Shown: one piece after another, positions 9,694 through 18,905 of the stretch
How the letters are laid out: each line of letters begins with the position of its first letter
Position numbering within the stretch: the first letter of the stretch is position 1
The notes under the pieces: generated by a model
Told to the model about the DNA's origin: nothing
The model's database searches: none
Seen by the model: only the letters and a program-made list of their open reading frames with translations
Assembly: GCA_937975975.1 (NCBI GenBank)
Contig: CALJTR010000011.1
Span: 21,767-85,766, forward strand
Direction: 5' to 3'
DNA: 64,000 bases
Origin: an uncultured Candidatus Saccharibacteria bacterium
GTDB taxonomy: Bacteria > Patescibacteriota > Saccharimonadia > Saccharimonadales > Saccharimonadaceae
Program-made: the position numbers and the translations under genes

Positions 9694-10265
9694 TGTGGCT
9701 TACCTTGGTTGTTTTGAGTGACACCTCCGCGCAAAGCTTCCATTTGCTGCAAGCTTGTCATCGTTTGCAGCTTTGGGCTTGGATAAATACCTTTATCGGC
9801 AAGCGCGGCTATTTTATGGTATGTATTATTAAGCTCATCGGTTTGTGATCCGGTATTGATAAGTGCGAGATAATAGTAACGCATATACAGACACGAAGCA
9901 TCACTATCGCTGCCGTTTTTTGACGTAATAGTTGAAACAAGATCTTTTAATTTAGTGGTATCAGACAGCGATTCGTTGTACTTTGTAACAAGACTATCGT
10001 TGCAGATATTTTTTGATACGACTACTCGTTCGTTTGGTTGTTTAACGCCAGCATATAACCACCCTATAGCGAGCATACCTCCAAAACTGCCGATGATAAT
10101 AATTGCTATGACGATACGACTTTTTGCGCCTAGCGTAACCCCTGCTTTATTCTTGCTCATGCTTTTAGTATATCGCAAAACGAAGCTGCCGGCAATAATA
10201 AAACATCGCCGCAGTACGCGGCGTGTATTGATGAGGCTTATTATAATTTTCATTGTGAGTCTCAA
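9690..10265 (-). CDS. Small membrane-anchored hypothetical protein (probable start at 10160, MSKNK...)
   Basis: Single TM 'IVIAIIIIGSFGGMLAIGWLYAG' followed by a hydrophilic domain. Its stop overlaps the GTG start of the 928-aa gene, so the two are translationally coupled. Confidence 0.5.
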   Translation of the reverse strand: MRLTMKIIISLINTRRVLRRCFIIAGSFVLRYTKSMSKNKAGVTLGAKSRIVIAIIIIGSFGGMLAIGWLYAGVKQPNERVVVSKNICNDSLVTKYNESLSDTTKLKDLVSTITSKNGSDSDASCLYMRYYYLALINTGSQTDELNNTYHKIAALADKGIYPSPKLQTMTSLQQMEALRGGVTQNNQGKPQ

Positions 10266-10739
10266 TCAATATAAAATATGGAACTCCTTTTCGTGATTTA
10301 TTTTGCCATTCCATTTGCCGACAAACTCATCCTTGGCGAGAACTTTTGGCGGCGAATTGTCGGGTAGCAATACCAAGTATTTATCGCCCTGGATTTGCGC
10401 AAGAACGGCGAATTTTTATTCCTTAAACCCGACAATAACTGGTAACGGCAATTTGTTGAGCACCTTTACTTTGACGGTGGTGGCGTGCGCCTTGAACTTA
10501 AACGATTTTGCGACACGGAGCATATCCCCCTCATTCATACCTTCGCGCGGATCAATCGCCAGCGCATGTATAATCTGTTCTGGGTCTACAGGAATATTAT
10601 GTAAATGCGCGAGCGTGGTGAAGCAGTATATGCCAGGGTCTATTTTTGCGCAAGACATTCTTCCGTGCATGCCTGCTCGCCCCGAAACTACTGCCGTCTT
10701 GTCAGTGTCATCCAACGGTACATCTGCATTATGTTTCAC
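10266..10739 (-). pseudogene. C39-like peptidase domain (bacteriocin-processing peptidase fold), interrupted by an in-frame TAA; catalytic Cys/His apparently not conserved
   Basis: The upstream segment ends '...LRVAKSFKFKAHATTVKVKVLNKLPLPVIVGFKE*'. The same frame continues 'KFAVLAQIQGDKYLVLLPDNSPPKVLAKDEFVGKWNGKINHEKEFHILY*'. Together they match the C39 domain pattern (L..AA..GL.A......L..L.LP.I......H.VVL..........DP......L..EF...W.G). No ABC transporter domain follows. The stop codon lies near 10415-10417. Confidence 0.55.
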
Positions 10740-10847
10740 GCGCTAATTATCCTCACTTTACGGGAATTTTACTTATGCGAGCTTTATTGTATCAATAAGT
10801 AAAATATCTGGTATTAACTATAGTAAAGACGATTAACGGCTCAAAGC

Positions 10848-13800
10848 TTAAGCAGTTGGCGCAGTCCAGTATTGCGACACGATGGATTGCACCTGTAGCG
10901 GTCGCTCTAAGGTTGCTTGCTCCCAGGTCATACCGCTATCCTTTTCAAACGATGACATCGCCTGGATGAGGCTTTCGATTTGAGTAGACGAGATACTATA
11001 GCCGTCAGATGACTTCATTGTTTCTATCTTATATCTGCCATCGTCTCGTTTCCATGAATCTACTGATATAGAATCCTTTGAATTTTTATATCTAATCTTC
11101 ATATTATAGTAATCCTCGTAACCAAATATTATACTATCGCGCGTATATCCCAATAAGAATGTATCGACTGCCCCATTATAGTCCCTAACGTAGTCATTAC
11201 CGTGTCCGGGCTCAAACACATAAGTGTCGCTATCTGCGCCACCCCATAAACGATCGTTACCCGCCCCTCCTGTGATTAGATCAGCGCCATCTCCTCCATC
11301 TATAGAGTCATCACCTGCGCCTCCTTGCAAAGTGTCCATTCCAGCATCACCAATTAAAGTATCCTCTCCGTCATCACCATACAGCTCATCGTCATAGCGG
11401 CTTCCCGCCAATGAATCGTTACCTGCTAAACCTCGGAATACAACCCTATCTCCGTCGTATGAATATAGGCGATCTTGACCGTCCGTCCCACTACGATTAT
11501 GAAATTCATGGTAAATGTAGTCCCGACTCCAGACAGTGCCGTCCGCAAAAGATATTTCCTCCATCTCCCTGCCGGGCGTTCTCTCATAACCACGAGACGA
11601 AGACTCACCAAAGTGGTCTATGATCGTAATACTATCCTTACCGCCACAAATAGATAAAACTAGATTATAATCACCATTTTTTACCACCAAATCCATCGAC
11701 ACGTCATTAGGCTTTATGGTATCGCCAAACTGAATTTTATCAAACCCGCTATATTCGTAAATTGTGTCATGTCCATCGCCTCTATCAAACAGATAAGTAT
11801 CGTTCCCTACTTTCTTATAGCCAGACGATGTAAAAGTATCGTTCCCCGCACCTCCCGAGAGAATATTATTTCCACCGCTAGCTCCTATCGTGTCGTCACC
11901 GTCTCCTCCGTATAGCGTATCGTCACCATCTCTACCTATTAGACAATCTGCATCTGCGAGTCCGTAAAAAGTAAACCCATAATCGTCAAAGGCTGTTAGC
12001 GTATCTTTACCATCGGTACCATATGATACATGCGTCATTGCACGAATATCATTTTCATTCCAGACGGTGCCGTCCGCAAAAACTACCTTTTCGATCTTAT
12101 TACCAGCTCTTTCTTCATACCAAAACCATCCTTGATAGCCATAATAATTCTTTATGGTTACGCTGCCAGAATCACCGACATATAATACTAAATCGTAGTC
12201 TCGTATGCCACTATCGCCATAGAAACTTTCCACGCGTCTCAATTTTACATCAGCAGGTTTTATACCGCTACCAAAAATAAGCGTATCAGTACCGTCATAG
12301 TCTGTAATTTTGTCATGTCCGTCACCTAAATTGTATACATAGGTATCATCACCATAGTGATCATTGGACTCGTCATCTCCTATTCCGCCAACAAACAAAT
12401 CATCGCCAGATCCACCAGACAAGGAGTCGTTGCCCCTATTACCATAAAGCTTATCGTCCCCTTCCTCTCCCTCTAGGTAGTCGTCTCCCTCGCCGCCTAT
12501 TAGAACGTCATTACCTTCGTCGCCGATTAAAAAATCATTTCCTGAACCGCCAGATACAAAATCATCCCCTCCCTCTGCCTTCACATAGTCATTGCCGCTC
12601 CCGGCATATATTGTATCGCCCAACTCAGTTCCCTTTACTTTATCATCTCCACCGAAAGCTTCTACGTAAGCGGCTTTTTTGAGAACCAAACCTCCGTTTG
12701 TTCTCCAAGCCTCAATATCATCTTTCTCGTCAGTGCCTTTTATATATACATCACCGCCCAGCAGCAGCCCAATGCCCAACGCAACGGACTCGGATATTTT
12801 AGTAGTCGTCGCAATAGCGTCAGCTAATACACCCGCTGCAATACCCACAGCCTCGCTAGCACCCCGTATGATACTACCGCCAACTTGTGCAGCAACCTCT
12901 ATGGCAGCCGCCGTTACGGCAATTGTTATTTTTATTTCAGCCAGCGGGATATCAACGAAAATAAACTTTACGCCATTTGCCACAAAGCTTGACACATTTG
13001 CAGCGCCCTGCAAAGCATTCGCTTTCCAGGTTACGTTACTGCCAGCAACGGCTTCGGACAACTTACCATTTTCGAGCAGCGATCCGAGTTCATGTGTTGG
13101 CATTTTAGACCCTTGACTATCTTTACCGAATAGAGCTTTTTGAACCGCATCAGCGACTTCGGGCGGTATCGGCGTACTGCTGTTTGCACGAGCTTTATTG
13201 ACGATTTCCGCGATGAGATGCCTGCTCATTTCATCAACAGCTCCATCTTGTTTGCTCGTATCTTTCAGATATATCGTATCGCCAAGCTGAACTCCATATT
13301 CCCCGATAATGTCATTCTGGTTAACGTAATCCGTAATATATCCTTTGAATGATGCCGGATCAACATGCGGCATTGCTTGCCCGATACCAACCGCATCAAA
13401 TGTCACTGACTTGCCTGTCTTGTTTGTGATGTATGTCATGTATTGTGCAATCCCGCCGCCAAGGCTATGACCAGTGAAGCTGTAGCCGCTATAGTTGCCC
13501 TTGCCGATATTTTTCAGTGTTTTATCGAAAAAGGCAAAGGCGTCGTTAAACTGATTTGGCTTTCCAAGCGCATTGCCGCTAACAGCGAGCTGCGCATCTG
13601 TGATTGCATCTTGCAAGAATGTATAAATATCCTTGTTTGGCTCGGTACCGCGAAAAGCAAAAACAATCTCTTTCGTATCGGGATTCTGAAAGGCCGCGGC
13701 AGCAAAACCGGAGGTAGTGTTGGGTTGGAAGTTGATTAGTTTCCAACTCTGAATGGCATTAGCGCCTTCTTTAAGGGCAATAAGCTCAGGTTTATTGAGG

Positions 13801-13925
13801 TCGTCTTCTGGTATCGCTTTACCGCTCATAAGCTGCCCTACAGTCCAGCCTATATGATAATTTGAAAAATTTATATATGCCAAAGCACTGAGACTCATGT
13901 ACTCAATAGCGTTACATGTGGACAT
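10848..13925 (-). CDS. Lipase class 3 (alpha/beta hydrolase) domain protein with RTX nonapeptide repeats and three haemolysin-type Ca-binding-protein-related (HCBP) modules; no N-terminal signal peptide
   Basis: 'IVFAFRGTEP' and 'FTGHSLGGGIAQYM' are the lipase_3 signature. There are runs of GGxGxDxL-type repeats ('GGSGNDFLIGDEGNDVLIGGEGDDYLEGEEGDDKLYGNRGND'). Three modules have the form '...DTLIFGSGIKPADVKL...DLVLYVGDSGSVTIKNYYG...IEKVVFADGTVW'. Confidence 0.75.
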   Translation of the reverse strand: MSTCNAIEYMSLSALAYINFSNYHIGWTVGQLMSGKAIPEDDLNKPELIALKEGANAIQSWKLINFQPNTTSGFAAAAFQNPDTKEIVFAFRGTEPNKDIYTFLQDAITDAQLAVSGNALGKPNQFNDAFAFFDKTLKNIGKGNYSGYSFTGHSLGGGIAQYMTYITNKTGKSVTFDAVGIGQAMPHVDPASFKGYITDYVNQNDIIGEYGVQLGDTIYLKDTSKQDGAVDEMSRHLIAEIVNKARANSSTPIPPEVADAVQKALFGKDSQGSKMPTHELGSLLENGKLSEAVAGSNVTWKANALQGAANVSSFVANGVKFIFVDIPLAEIKITIAVTAAAIEVAAQVGGSIIRGASEAVGIAAGVLADAIATTTKISESVALGIGLLLGGDVYIKGTDEKDDIEAWRTNGGLVLKKAAYVEAFGGDDKVKGTELGDTIYAGSGNDYVKAEGGDDFVSGGSGNDFLIGDEGNDVLIGGEGDDYLEGEEGDDKLYGNRGNDSLSGGSGDDLFVGGIGDDESNDHYGDDTYVYNLGDGHDKITDYDGTDTLIFGSGIKPADVKLRRVESFYGDSGIRDYDLVLYVGDSGSVTIKNYYGYQGWFWYEERAGNKIEKVVFADGTVWNENDIRAMTHVSYGTDGKDTLTAFDDYGFTFYGLADADCLIGRDGDDTLYGGDGDDTIGASGGNNILSGGAGNDTFTSSGYKKVGNDTYLFDRGDGHDTIYEYSGFDKIQFGDTIKPNDVSMDLVVKNGDYNLVLSICGGKDSITIIDHFGESSSRGYERTPGREMEEISFADGTVWSRDYIYHEFHNRSGTDGQDRLYSYDGDRVVFRGLAGNDSLAGSRYDDELYGDDGEDTLIGDAGMDTLQGGAGDDSIDGGDGADLITGGAGNDRLWGGADSDTYVFEPGHGNDYVRDYNGAVDTFLLGYTRDSIIFGYEDYYNMKIRYKNSKDSISVDSWKRDDGRYKIETMKSSDGYSISSTQIESLIQAMSSFEKDSGMTWEQATLERPLQVQSIVSQYWTAPTA

Positions 13926-14681
13926 TTAACGATTCTCCTTTTCTCTATAACAAGTTGTGAAATCATCTGGTATTCTATCACCGTATTTACTATGAGCTGC
14001 TGAGCATAGATATTCTTTTCCTTCTATTGTCTTGGCTTCCATAACTATTGATAGACTTTTTATGTTTTGAGACTTTATATACTCAACTAGTTTCTTAGCA
14101 ACGTTAGCGTCAAGCAGCAATTTGCGCTTATCTACGTTTGTTGTATTTATAGCCACTTCATAATTGAACCCTTCTTCGTAAGTCTTTGCCTGATCATAAG
14201 TCGGAGTTGTCTTCGTGGCTGTTTTCACCAAATCTCCCGATAGTATTATTGTAGCCCTTATTTTGACATTCGGATCGTTACCGTAAATAGACGCCACAAC
14301 GGGAGCAAGTTCTTTATTTGCCTGTACACTCCATATAGCAGCGACATACTGGTCGCTACAACCGTAGCTGTTGCAGCCTACGTGGAACTTGAGATTCGGG
14401 TTAGATCTTGGATGTGCAAAGTCGGTACTCCACGTGCCTTCAACGGCAAAACCGCCATTTTTATATTTCGGCTCTGGTACAACAAATTGTTCGTTGTACT
14501 TCTTTTCGAGATAGGAGACCAGTTCCCGTTGTCTGCCGATAGTACTAACATTTAATAGAGAGTATACGACCGCACACACCATCGCTATACTTAATAAAAC
14601 AAGCGCAAGAACGCCAAGCCAAATCCCCCAAGAGCGATTACGCCTATTGGCTAATGCTGGCGGCATAGAGGCTTTTATCAT
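13926..14681 (-). CDS. Membrane-anchored hypothetical protein (251 aa), directly abutting the start of the lipase-RTX gene
   Basis: N-terminal TM 'WLGVLALVLLSIAMVCAVVY', Cys-containing extracytoplasmic domain, SD 'AGGGTGGT' upstream. Its stop is adjacent to the downstream start, consistent with an operon. Confidence 0.55.
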   Translation of the reverse strand: MIKASMPPALANRRNRSWGIWLGVLALVLLSIAMVCAVVYSLLNVSTIGRQRELVSYLEKKYNEQFVVPEPKYKNGGFAVEGTWSTDFAHPRSNPNLKFHVGCNSYGCSDQYVAAIWSVQANKELAPVVASIYGNDPNVKIRATIILSGDLVKTATKTTPTYDQAKTYEEGFNYEVAINTTNVDKRKLLLDANVAKKLVEYIKSQNIKSLSIVMEAKTIEGKEYLCSAAHSKYGDRIPDDFTTCYREKENR

Positions 14682-15014
14682 ATTTATACCACCCTATAGA
14701 CCGAATCCTCTGACTGTATTCTCGTCATGTATGTCCATAATTTTATTGTATCTTAAGTATAAGCGTTATGCAAAACAAAGGTCGAATACTTTAAGATAAC
14801 GCGTAAGTGTTCTTGTGCAGCGTATCATCGCAGCCGCAGCGGTCATTATTTCCGCGTGCCTAAGCCCAAATTTGATAAGACGCTTGAGGATTTTGTGCGG
14901 ACTATTACTCAAAATCCCAACCTACGACGAAATAAAGTTTGGAGCCCACAAAAACAGCCCGCTACCAGAGGTAAGCGAGCTGTTTCGAATCAGGATGGAT
15001 GATAAATCCTTTGA

Positions 15015-15089
15015 TGGTGATCGTACCGGGAATCGAACCCGGATTGTCAGGATGAGAACCTGATGTCCTAACCGTTAGACGATACGACC
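15015..15089 (-). tRNA. tRNA-Glu (anticodon CUC), CCA encoded
   Basis: Manual fold: acceptor GGTCGTA/TACGATC, D-arm GTCT-AACGGTTA-GGAC, anticodon stem TCAGG/CCTGA with loop TTCTCAT, T-arm CCGGG-TTCGATT-CCCGG, 3' ACCA. Confidence 0.75.
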
Positions 15090-15112
15090 TAGCGCCATCT
15101 ACTATATCAAAA

Positions 15113-15505
15113 TTACTCGTTCGCGTCTACCGCTGAATTGCCAATCTGCTGCACGATTTCAAGCAGGCGCCGCGGCGTAATCTCCGCTTTCACGAAATAT
15201 GCGTCGACATTGCGTTCAATTTCTTGGCGCGTTTCTTCGTCTTGATCAAAATTCGTCATGACGGCAACATGCGAATGCTTTGCGACCGGGTTCTTTTTGA
15301 TCTCACGCAAGATTTCCTGTCCGCGCAGCTCTGGCAGCATGATGTCAAGCAGTACCAAGTCGTACGTCTTGTTGGTTGCCATCACCAGCCCGTCGCGCCC
15401 GTCGATCGCCCATTCGACGTCGTAACCTGCCTGGCGCAAACTGCGCACATACATTTCGCCGATGAACCGGTCGTCTTCAATCATTAAAATTGTTTTTATC
15501 GCCAT
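15113..15505 (-). CDS. Stand-alone response regulator receiver protein (CheY-like, 130 aa)
   Basis: 'ILMIEDDRFIGEMY...DLVLLDIMLPELRG' followed by a conserved Lys region. No output domain. Confidence 0.75.
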   Translation of the reverse strand: MAIKTILMIEDDRFIGEMYVRSLRQAGYDVEWAIDGRDGLVMATNKTYDLVLLDIMLPELRGQEILREIKKNPVAKHSHVAVMTNFDQDEETRQEIERNVDAYFVKAEITPRRLLEIVQQIGNSAVDANE

Positions 15506-15519
15506 AAGTGTAGACTCCT

Positions 15520-17073
15520 TTACCCTGAATAGGTTGCGTGATTGGTAATTGATTCGCCATGCCGCGCGACGAGCGCCGTGTTAATATGTCCGTTTGCTTG
15601 CAAGGTTTCGGCGACGCTGGCGTAGACCGGCAGCGTGAACGAAAACGTTGAGCCGACACCTTCGGTACTTGATACGCTGATCGTGCCGCCGTGGCTTTCA
15701 ACGATTGCTTTACAAATGTACAGCCCAATTCCTGTGCCGGCGACGGTTTCGCGCGAGCGGTGCGAGCGGTAGAATTTGTGAAATAGATTGCCGACGACGT
15801 TTGCCGGCATACCGATACCATTGTCAACAACCGAAACCTTCACGAACGCGCCTTCAACGGCGGCGTTAACGCGCACGATGCCGCCGTTATTTGAATATTT
15901 GATGCCGTTGTCAATCAGGTTTGATAAAACTTCGCTAATGCTTGACGGGTCGGCGGCGACAGTCGGCAAATTATCGGGAATATCAACAACGAGCTGGCGG
16001 TGCTGCGACGAAGCGCGCAAGTTCATGTCGTCGCGGATTGTTTGGTAAATGCGCGCGAGCGACTCTTCGCTGAGATGGATTTTCAAGTGCCGCCGGTCGT
16101 ATTTGCTTGTGTTCAAAATATTGTTGATATAGCCGGACAGGCGGTTGCCGCTGACGATGAGGCGCTGAAATAGCTCTTTTTGCTCGGCGGTAAGTACGTC
16201 TTCAAGCTCAAGCGATAGTACATCTAAGTAGCCGCGAATGACTGTAATTGGACCGCGCAATTCGTGCGCCGCAAACGAGATGAAATCTAACCCGTCGTCT
16301 TCCGGCTGGTAGATATCTGATTCGTCGTACGCGATTAGCACGACTTCAGCAGCGCTCCCCTGTTCAAAGCTGGCAGTTACGTTGAATATCCGCCGGTCTT
16401 CATCGCCGATGATTTTATTTGGTACGCGTAGCCAAGTTTGCTGGGCGTGTACCGTGTTGGTCTCGCAAGCGGCGAGCCAATTTGTAAAATCGTCTGGCTC
16501 ATCGAATAATAACTCTAATTTGAGCGCACCCTCTTTCGTTTGCTTGACGGGTGCTGCGCGGTTGGCGAACGAAATCTCGCCGGCGGTATTCATGACGACG
16601 ATGCCGGTGTTTGTCTGATTGAGCGCAGTGAGCAGCGTTTTATAGCGTTGTGAGGCATGCGAATCGTCTGCATCAGCATTATCGGCGGAATTATTCTTGT
16701 AAATATACAGCAGCATATCGTGAAAACCGTCTTTGGCGTAGCGCGGTAAATTTGGATTGCCGAGCGGCTGGTCGACAGTTTGTCCGGCGGCGCGCGCGAT
16801 CGCAGTTGCTAAATCGCGCAAGGGAGCCAGCAAGAACAGCATTAAATAAATATTCAGCGCTACTGACGTTATAATTGTTGCGCCCATCGTGACGATAAAC
16901 GGCAGCGCGTCGATGTGCGCGCCTGCCACGATTAACGCCCCGCCGACTACCAGTGTGACGAGCAGCTGCGTGAGGAGCGAAAGCAAGATCGCGTTCCGGC
17001 GGTAAATTCTCCAATAGTCGCGCATTTCGGCGACGCGCTTCGGCGCATGGCGCGTGTTTTTCCCTAATGCCAC
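15520..17073 (-). CDS. Sensor histidine kinase (2 TM, HisKA, HATPase_c)
   Basis: H-box 'FISFAAHELRGPITVIRGYL'. ATP-lid 'GTGIGLYICKAIVESHGGTI'. Overlaps the upstream gene by 10 bp. Confidence 0.8.
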   Translation of the reverse strand: MALGKNTRHAPKRVAEMRDYWRIYRRNAILLSLLTQLLVTLVVGGALIVAGAHIDALPFIVTMGATIITSVALNIYLMLFLLAPLRDLATAIARAAGQTVDQPLGNPNLPRYAKDGFHDMLLYIYKNNSADNADADDSHASQRYKTLLTALNQTNTGIVVMNTAGEISFANRAAPVKQTKEGALKLELLFDEPDDFTNWLAACETNTVHAQQTWLRVPNKIIGDEDRRIFNVTASFEQGSAAEVVLIAYDESDIYQPEDDGLDFISFAAHELRGPITVIRGYLDVLSLELEDVLTAEQKELFQRLIVSGNRLSGYINNILNTSKYDRRHLKIHLSEESLARIYQTIRDDMNLRASSQHRQLVVDIPDNLPTVAADPSSISEVLSNLIDNGIKYSNNGGIVRVNAAVEGAFVKVSVVDNGIGMPANVVGNLFHKFYRSHRSRETVAGTGIGLYICKAIVESHGGTISVSSTEGVGSTFSFTLPVYASVAETLQANGHINTALVARHGESITNHATYSG

Positions 17074-18188
17074 GCGACGCCTCCTCCGCTATTCGCCACT
17101 GCGCCTATCCAGGTTTGCCCGCGATTGAGCGCGATTTCTTTGCCGTTGGCGTCGAAAAATCGTAACGGCTCGGCGCGGCTGCCTTTGCGCCATGTTGCTT
17201 CGGCGACTGTGCCATTTTGGAAAACGTATGCCGTGCCGCTTCCGATCGTGACAATACTTTGCCGCCAACCGTCTTCATGTACAGTAGTCTCATTGACGCG
17301 CATAGCAATGACAACGCTCGGCGCAATACGACCTTCTTCACGATCGTTACCAGCTGCGCCGCCAATGCTGCGCAGGTATGAGTTGCTTGCTTTATCGTAG
17401 TCGTAGTGCGTGTTGTAGAGCGGGCCGCTAAAGTTGATGTCAATACTCGTGGCGTTTGGCTGTTCGCTGGCTGTGCCGTCGGCGCGCGCTTGCCCGGAGA
17501 ACTGCGAGTTCTTGTAGCCTTTCGCGGCGTTGAGCGCGTCGAGTTTTTCAAAGTTCGTGTAGACATTGTGCGGCGCATATCGGTCGCGAGCGCGCCAATA
17601 GCTGCCGCCGTTGAAGAACTGGTCAATGTCGCGGTAGCTGCCGTTGCGGATTTCGGCGAGTGCTGCTGCGCTGCCGCCGACATGAGCAACGCTTGCTTGA
17701 TACGGCGCGAGCCAATCAACGTAATACATGCGCAGGCTGCGCACTGGTCCGACTAGACCTGGTTTATGCTGTTGGTATAAACACAAAAATCGCGTGATGC
17801 CTCCTTCGGCGATCGCCTCATAGACGACTTCCGCCTGTTTTAGCCCGGACTGCGGGCGCGAATCCGGCGAGTTCTCAATCATCACTGCAGTGACTGGTTT
17901 GGTGACAGCGGCTTCGTCGGCAACTTCTATTCCATTGAGCTGCGAGTAGAATTTTGTCGGTCCGGTTTTCTTCTTGCGTACAATTGGCGTGTGGTCGGTT
18001 TGCGCAACAGGCGGCTGATAGGTTAAATAAAACGCTGCCGCGCAGCCGATAAAAATTAGCAGCACGCCGCAAATCAATATCGTCGCTAGGCGGTGGCGCT
18101 CAATAAACGCGCGAAACCGTTTGATTTTGCCTGGCTGCTGTTTGGCGAGCAGCTTGCGGCTGAGCTCGGTTGATCTTTTTGTGTCCAT
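17064..18188 (-). CDS. Membrane-anchored extracytoplasmic protein, DUF3048/YerB-like (tentative)
   Basis: N-terminal TM, then 'PVRSLRMYYVDWLAPYQASVAHVGGS', which resembles DUF3048 lipoproteins. Sits in an operon with the histidine kinase and receiver genes. Confidence 0.4.
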   Translation of the reverse strand: MDTKRSTELSRKLLAKQQPGKIKRFRAFIERHRLATILICGVLLIFIGCAAAFYLTYQPPVAQTDHTPIVRKKKTGPTKFYSQLNGIEVADEAAVTKPVTAVMIENSPDSRPQSGLKQAEVVYEAIAEGGITRFLCLYQQHKPGLVGPVRSLRMYYVDWLAPYQASVAHVGGSAAALAEIRNGSYRDIDQFFNGGSYWRARDRYAPHNVYTNFEKLDALNAAKGYKNSQFSGQARADGTASEQPNATSIDINFSGPLYNTHYDYDKASNSYLRSIGGAAGNDREEGRIAPSVVIAMRVNETTVHEDGWRQSIVTIGSGTAYVFQNGTVAEATWRKGSRAEPLRFFDANGKEIALNRGQTWIGAVANSGGGVAWH

Positions 18189-18323
18189 GCTTATGGTTAT
18201 TATAACAGATTGCGTACCGTACCGTGACGTTTTGATGCGATACTTGCGGCTTAGTATCGTTATAGGTTGAAAAACAACAATACTATTGCTAATTTTATAT
18301 AAATATTATATAATAAAAGGATA

Positions 18324-18905
18324 ATGTCTACGAAAAATCATTTTGAGCATACGCTGCCTCCTCTGTCATTGGCTAATGGAACGCAGCTGAGCGCCGGGTT
18401 GTACAGTGTTGAAGGCGGAACGCGCTATCGAATGGTATTTGGCGATCATCCTGAGCGCTTGAGTTCGCCGCGCGTCACATTTAACTCAGAGGCTGGCAGA
18501 ATTGCACATTTTGCTGGTATGCTATTTCGCGGTGCTCCGCGAGATTCCATGGCCGGCATGTCGATGATTGACTATTTTACTAAAGTGGCGCAGGGAGAAT
18601 TGGGACTGGCGATTGGCGAGACTTCAACGATGCGTAAGCCCATCATTGTTCGTTGCCTAGCAAAATACGGTTTTCTCGCGAGCCGGCTGGAGAGTACGAG
18701 CGTGCACGCCGGGCTGCTGCCGCGCGGGATTGATGACGGCCATCATCCGAATGTTCACTTTATTTCGGGCAATCAATCGGAATTTGAAGATTTGCGTTGG
18801 CGACGATTTTATCGCGTCATAGACAAAAGAGAACTTCCCTACCGTTATCCGCTTGAATATCCGTCAACAGAGATAGATCTACACACATCGTTCGCGCTAG
18901 AATGA
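18324..18905 (+). CDS. hypothetical protein (193 aa)
   Basis: ORF with SD 'AAAGGA' and an AT-rich promoter-like region upstream. No recognisable motif. Confidence 0.45.
   Translation: MSTKNHFEHTLPPLSLANGTQLSAGLYSVEGGTRYRMVFGDHPERLSSPRVTFNSEAGRIAHFAGMLFRGAPRDSMAGMSMIDYFTKVAQGELGLAIGETSTMRKPIIVRCLAKYGFLASRLESTSVHAGLLPRGIDDGHHPNVHFISGNQSEFEDLRWRRFYRVIDKRELPYRYPLEYPSTEIDLHTSFALE

Noticed and set aside
10848-13925. Calling the lipase-RTX protein a classical type I secretion (HlyA-like) toxin with a dedicated HlyB/HlyD/TolC exporter
   Set aside because: No ABC transporter, membrane-fusion protein or outer-membrane factor genes are in the window. The envelope signals (sortase, LPXTG) indicate a monoderm cell. 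The C-terminus is not a clear T1SS signal. Only the repeat architecture is RTX-like.
14815-15063. 82-aa plus-strand ORF
   Set aside because: Overlaps the tRNA-Glu gene (15015-15089, minus). No SD. Spurious.
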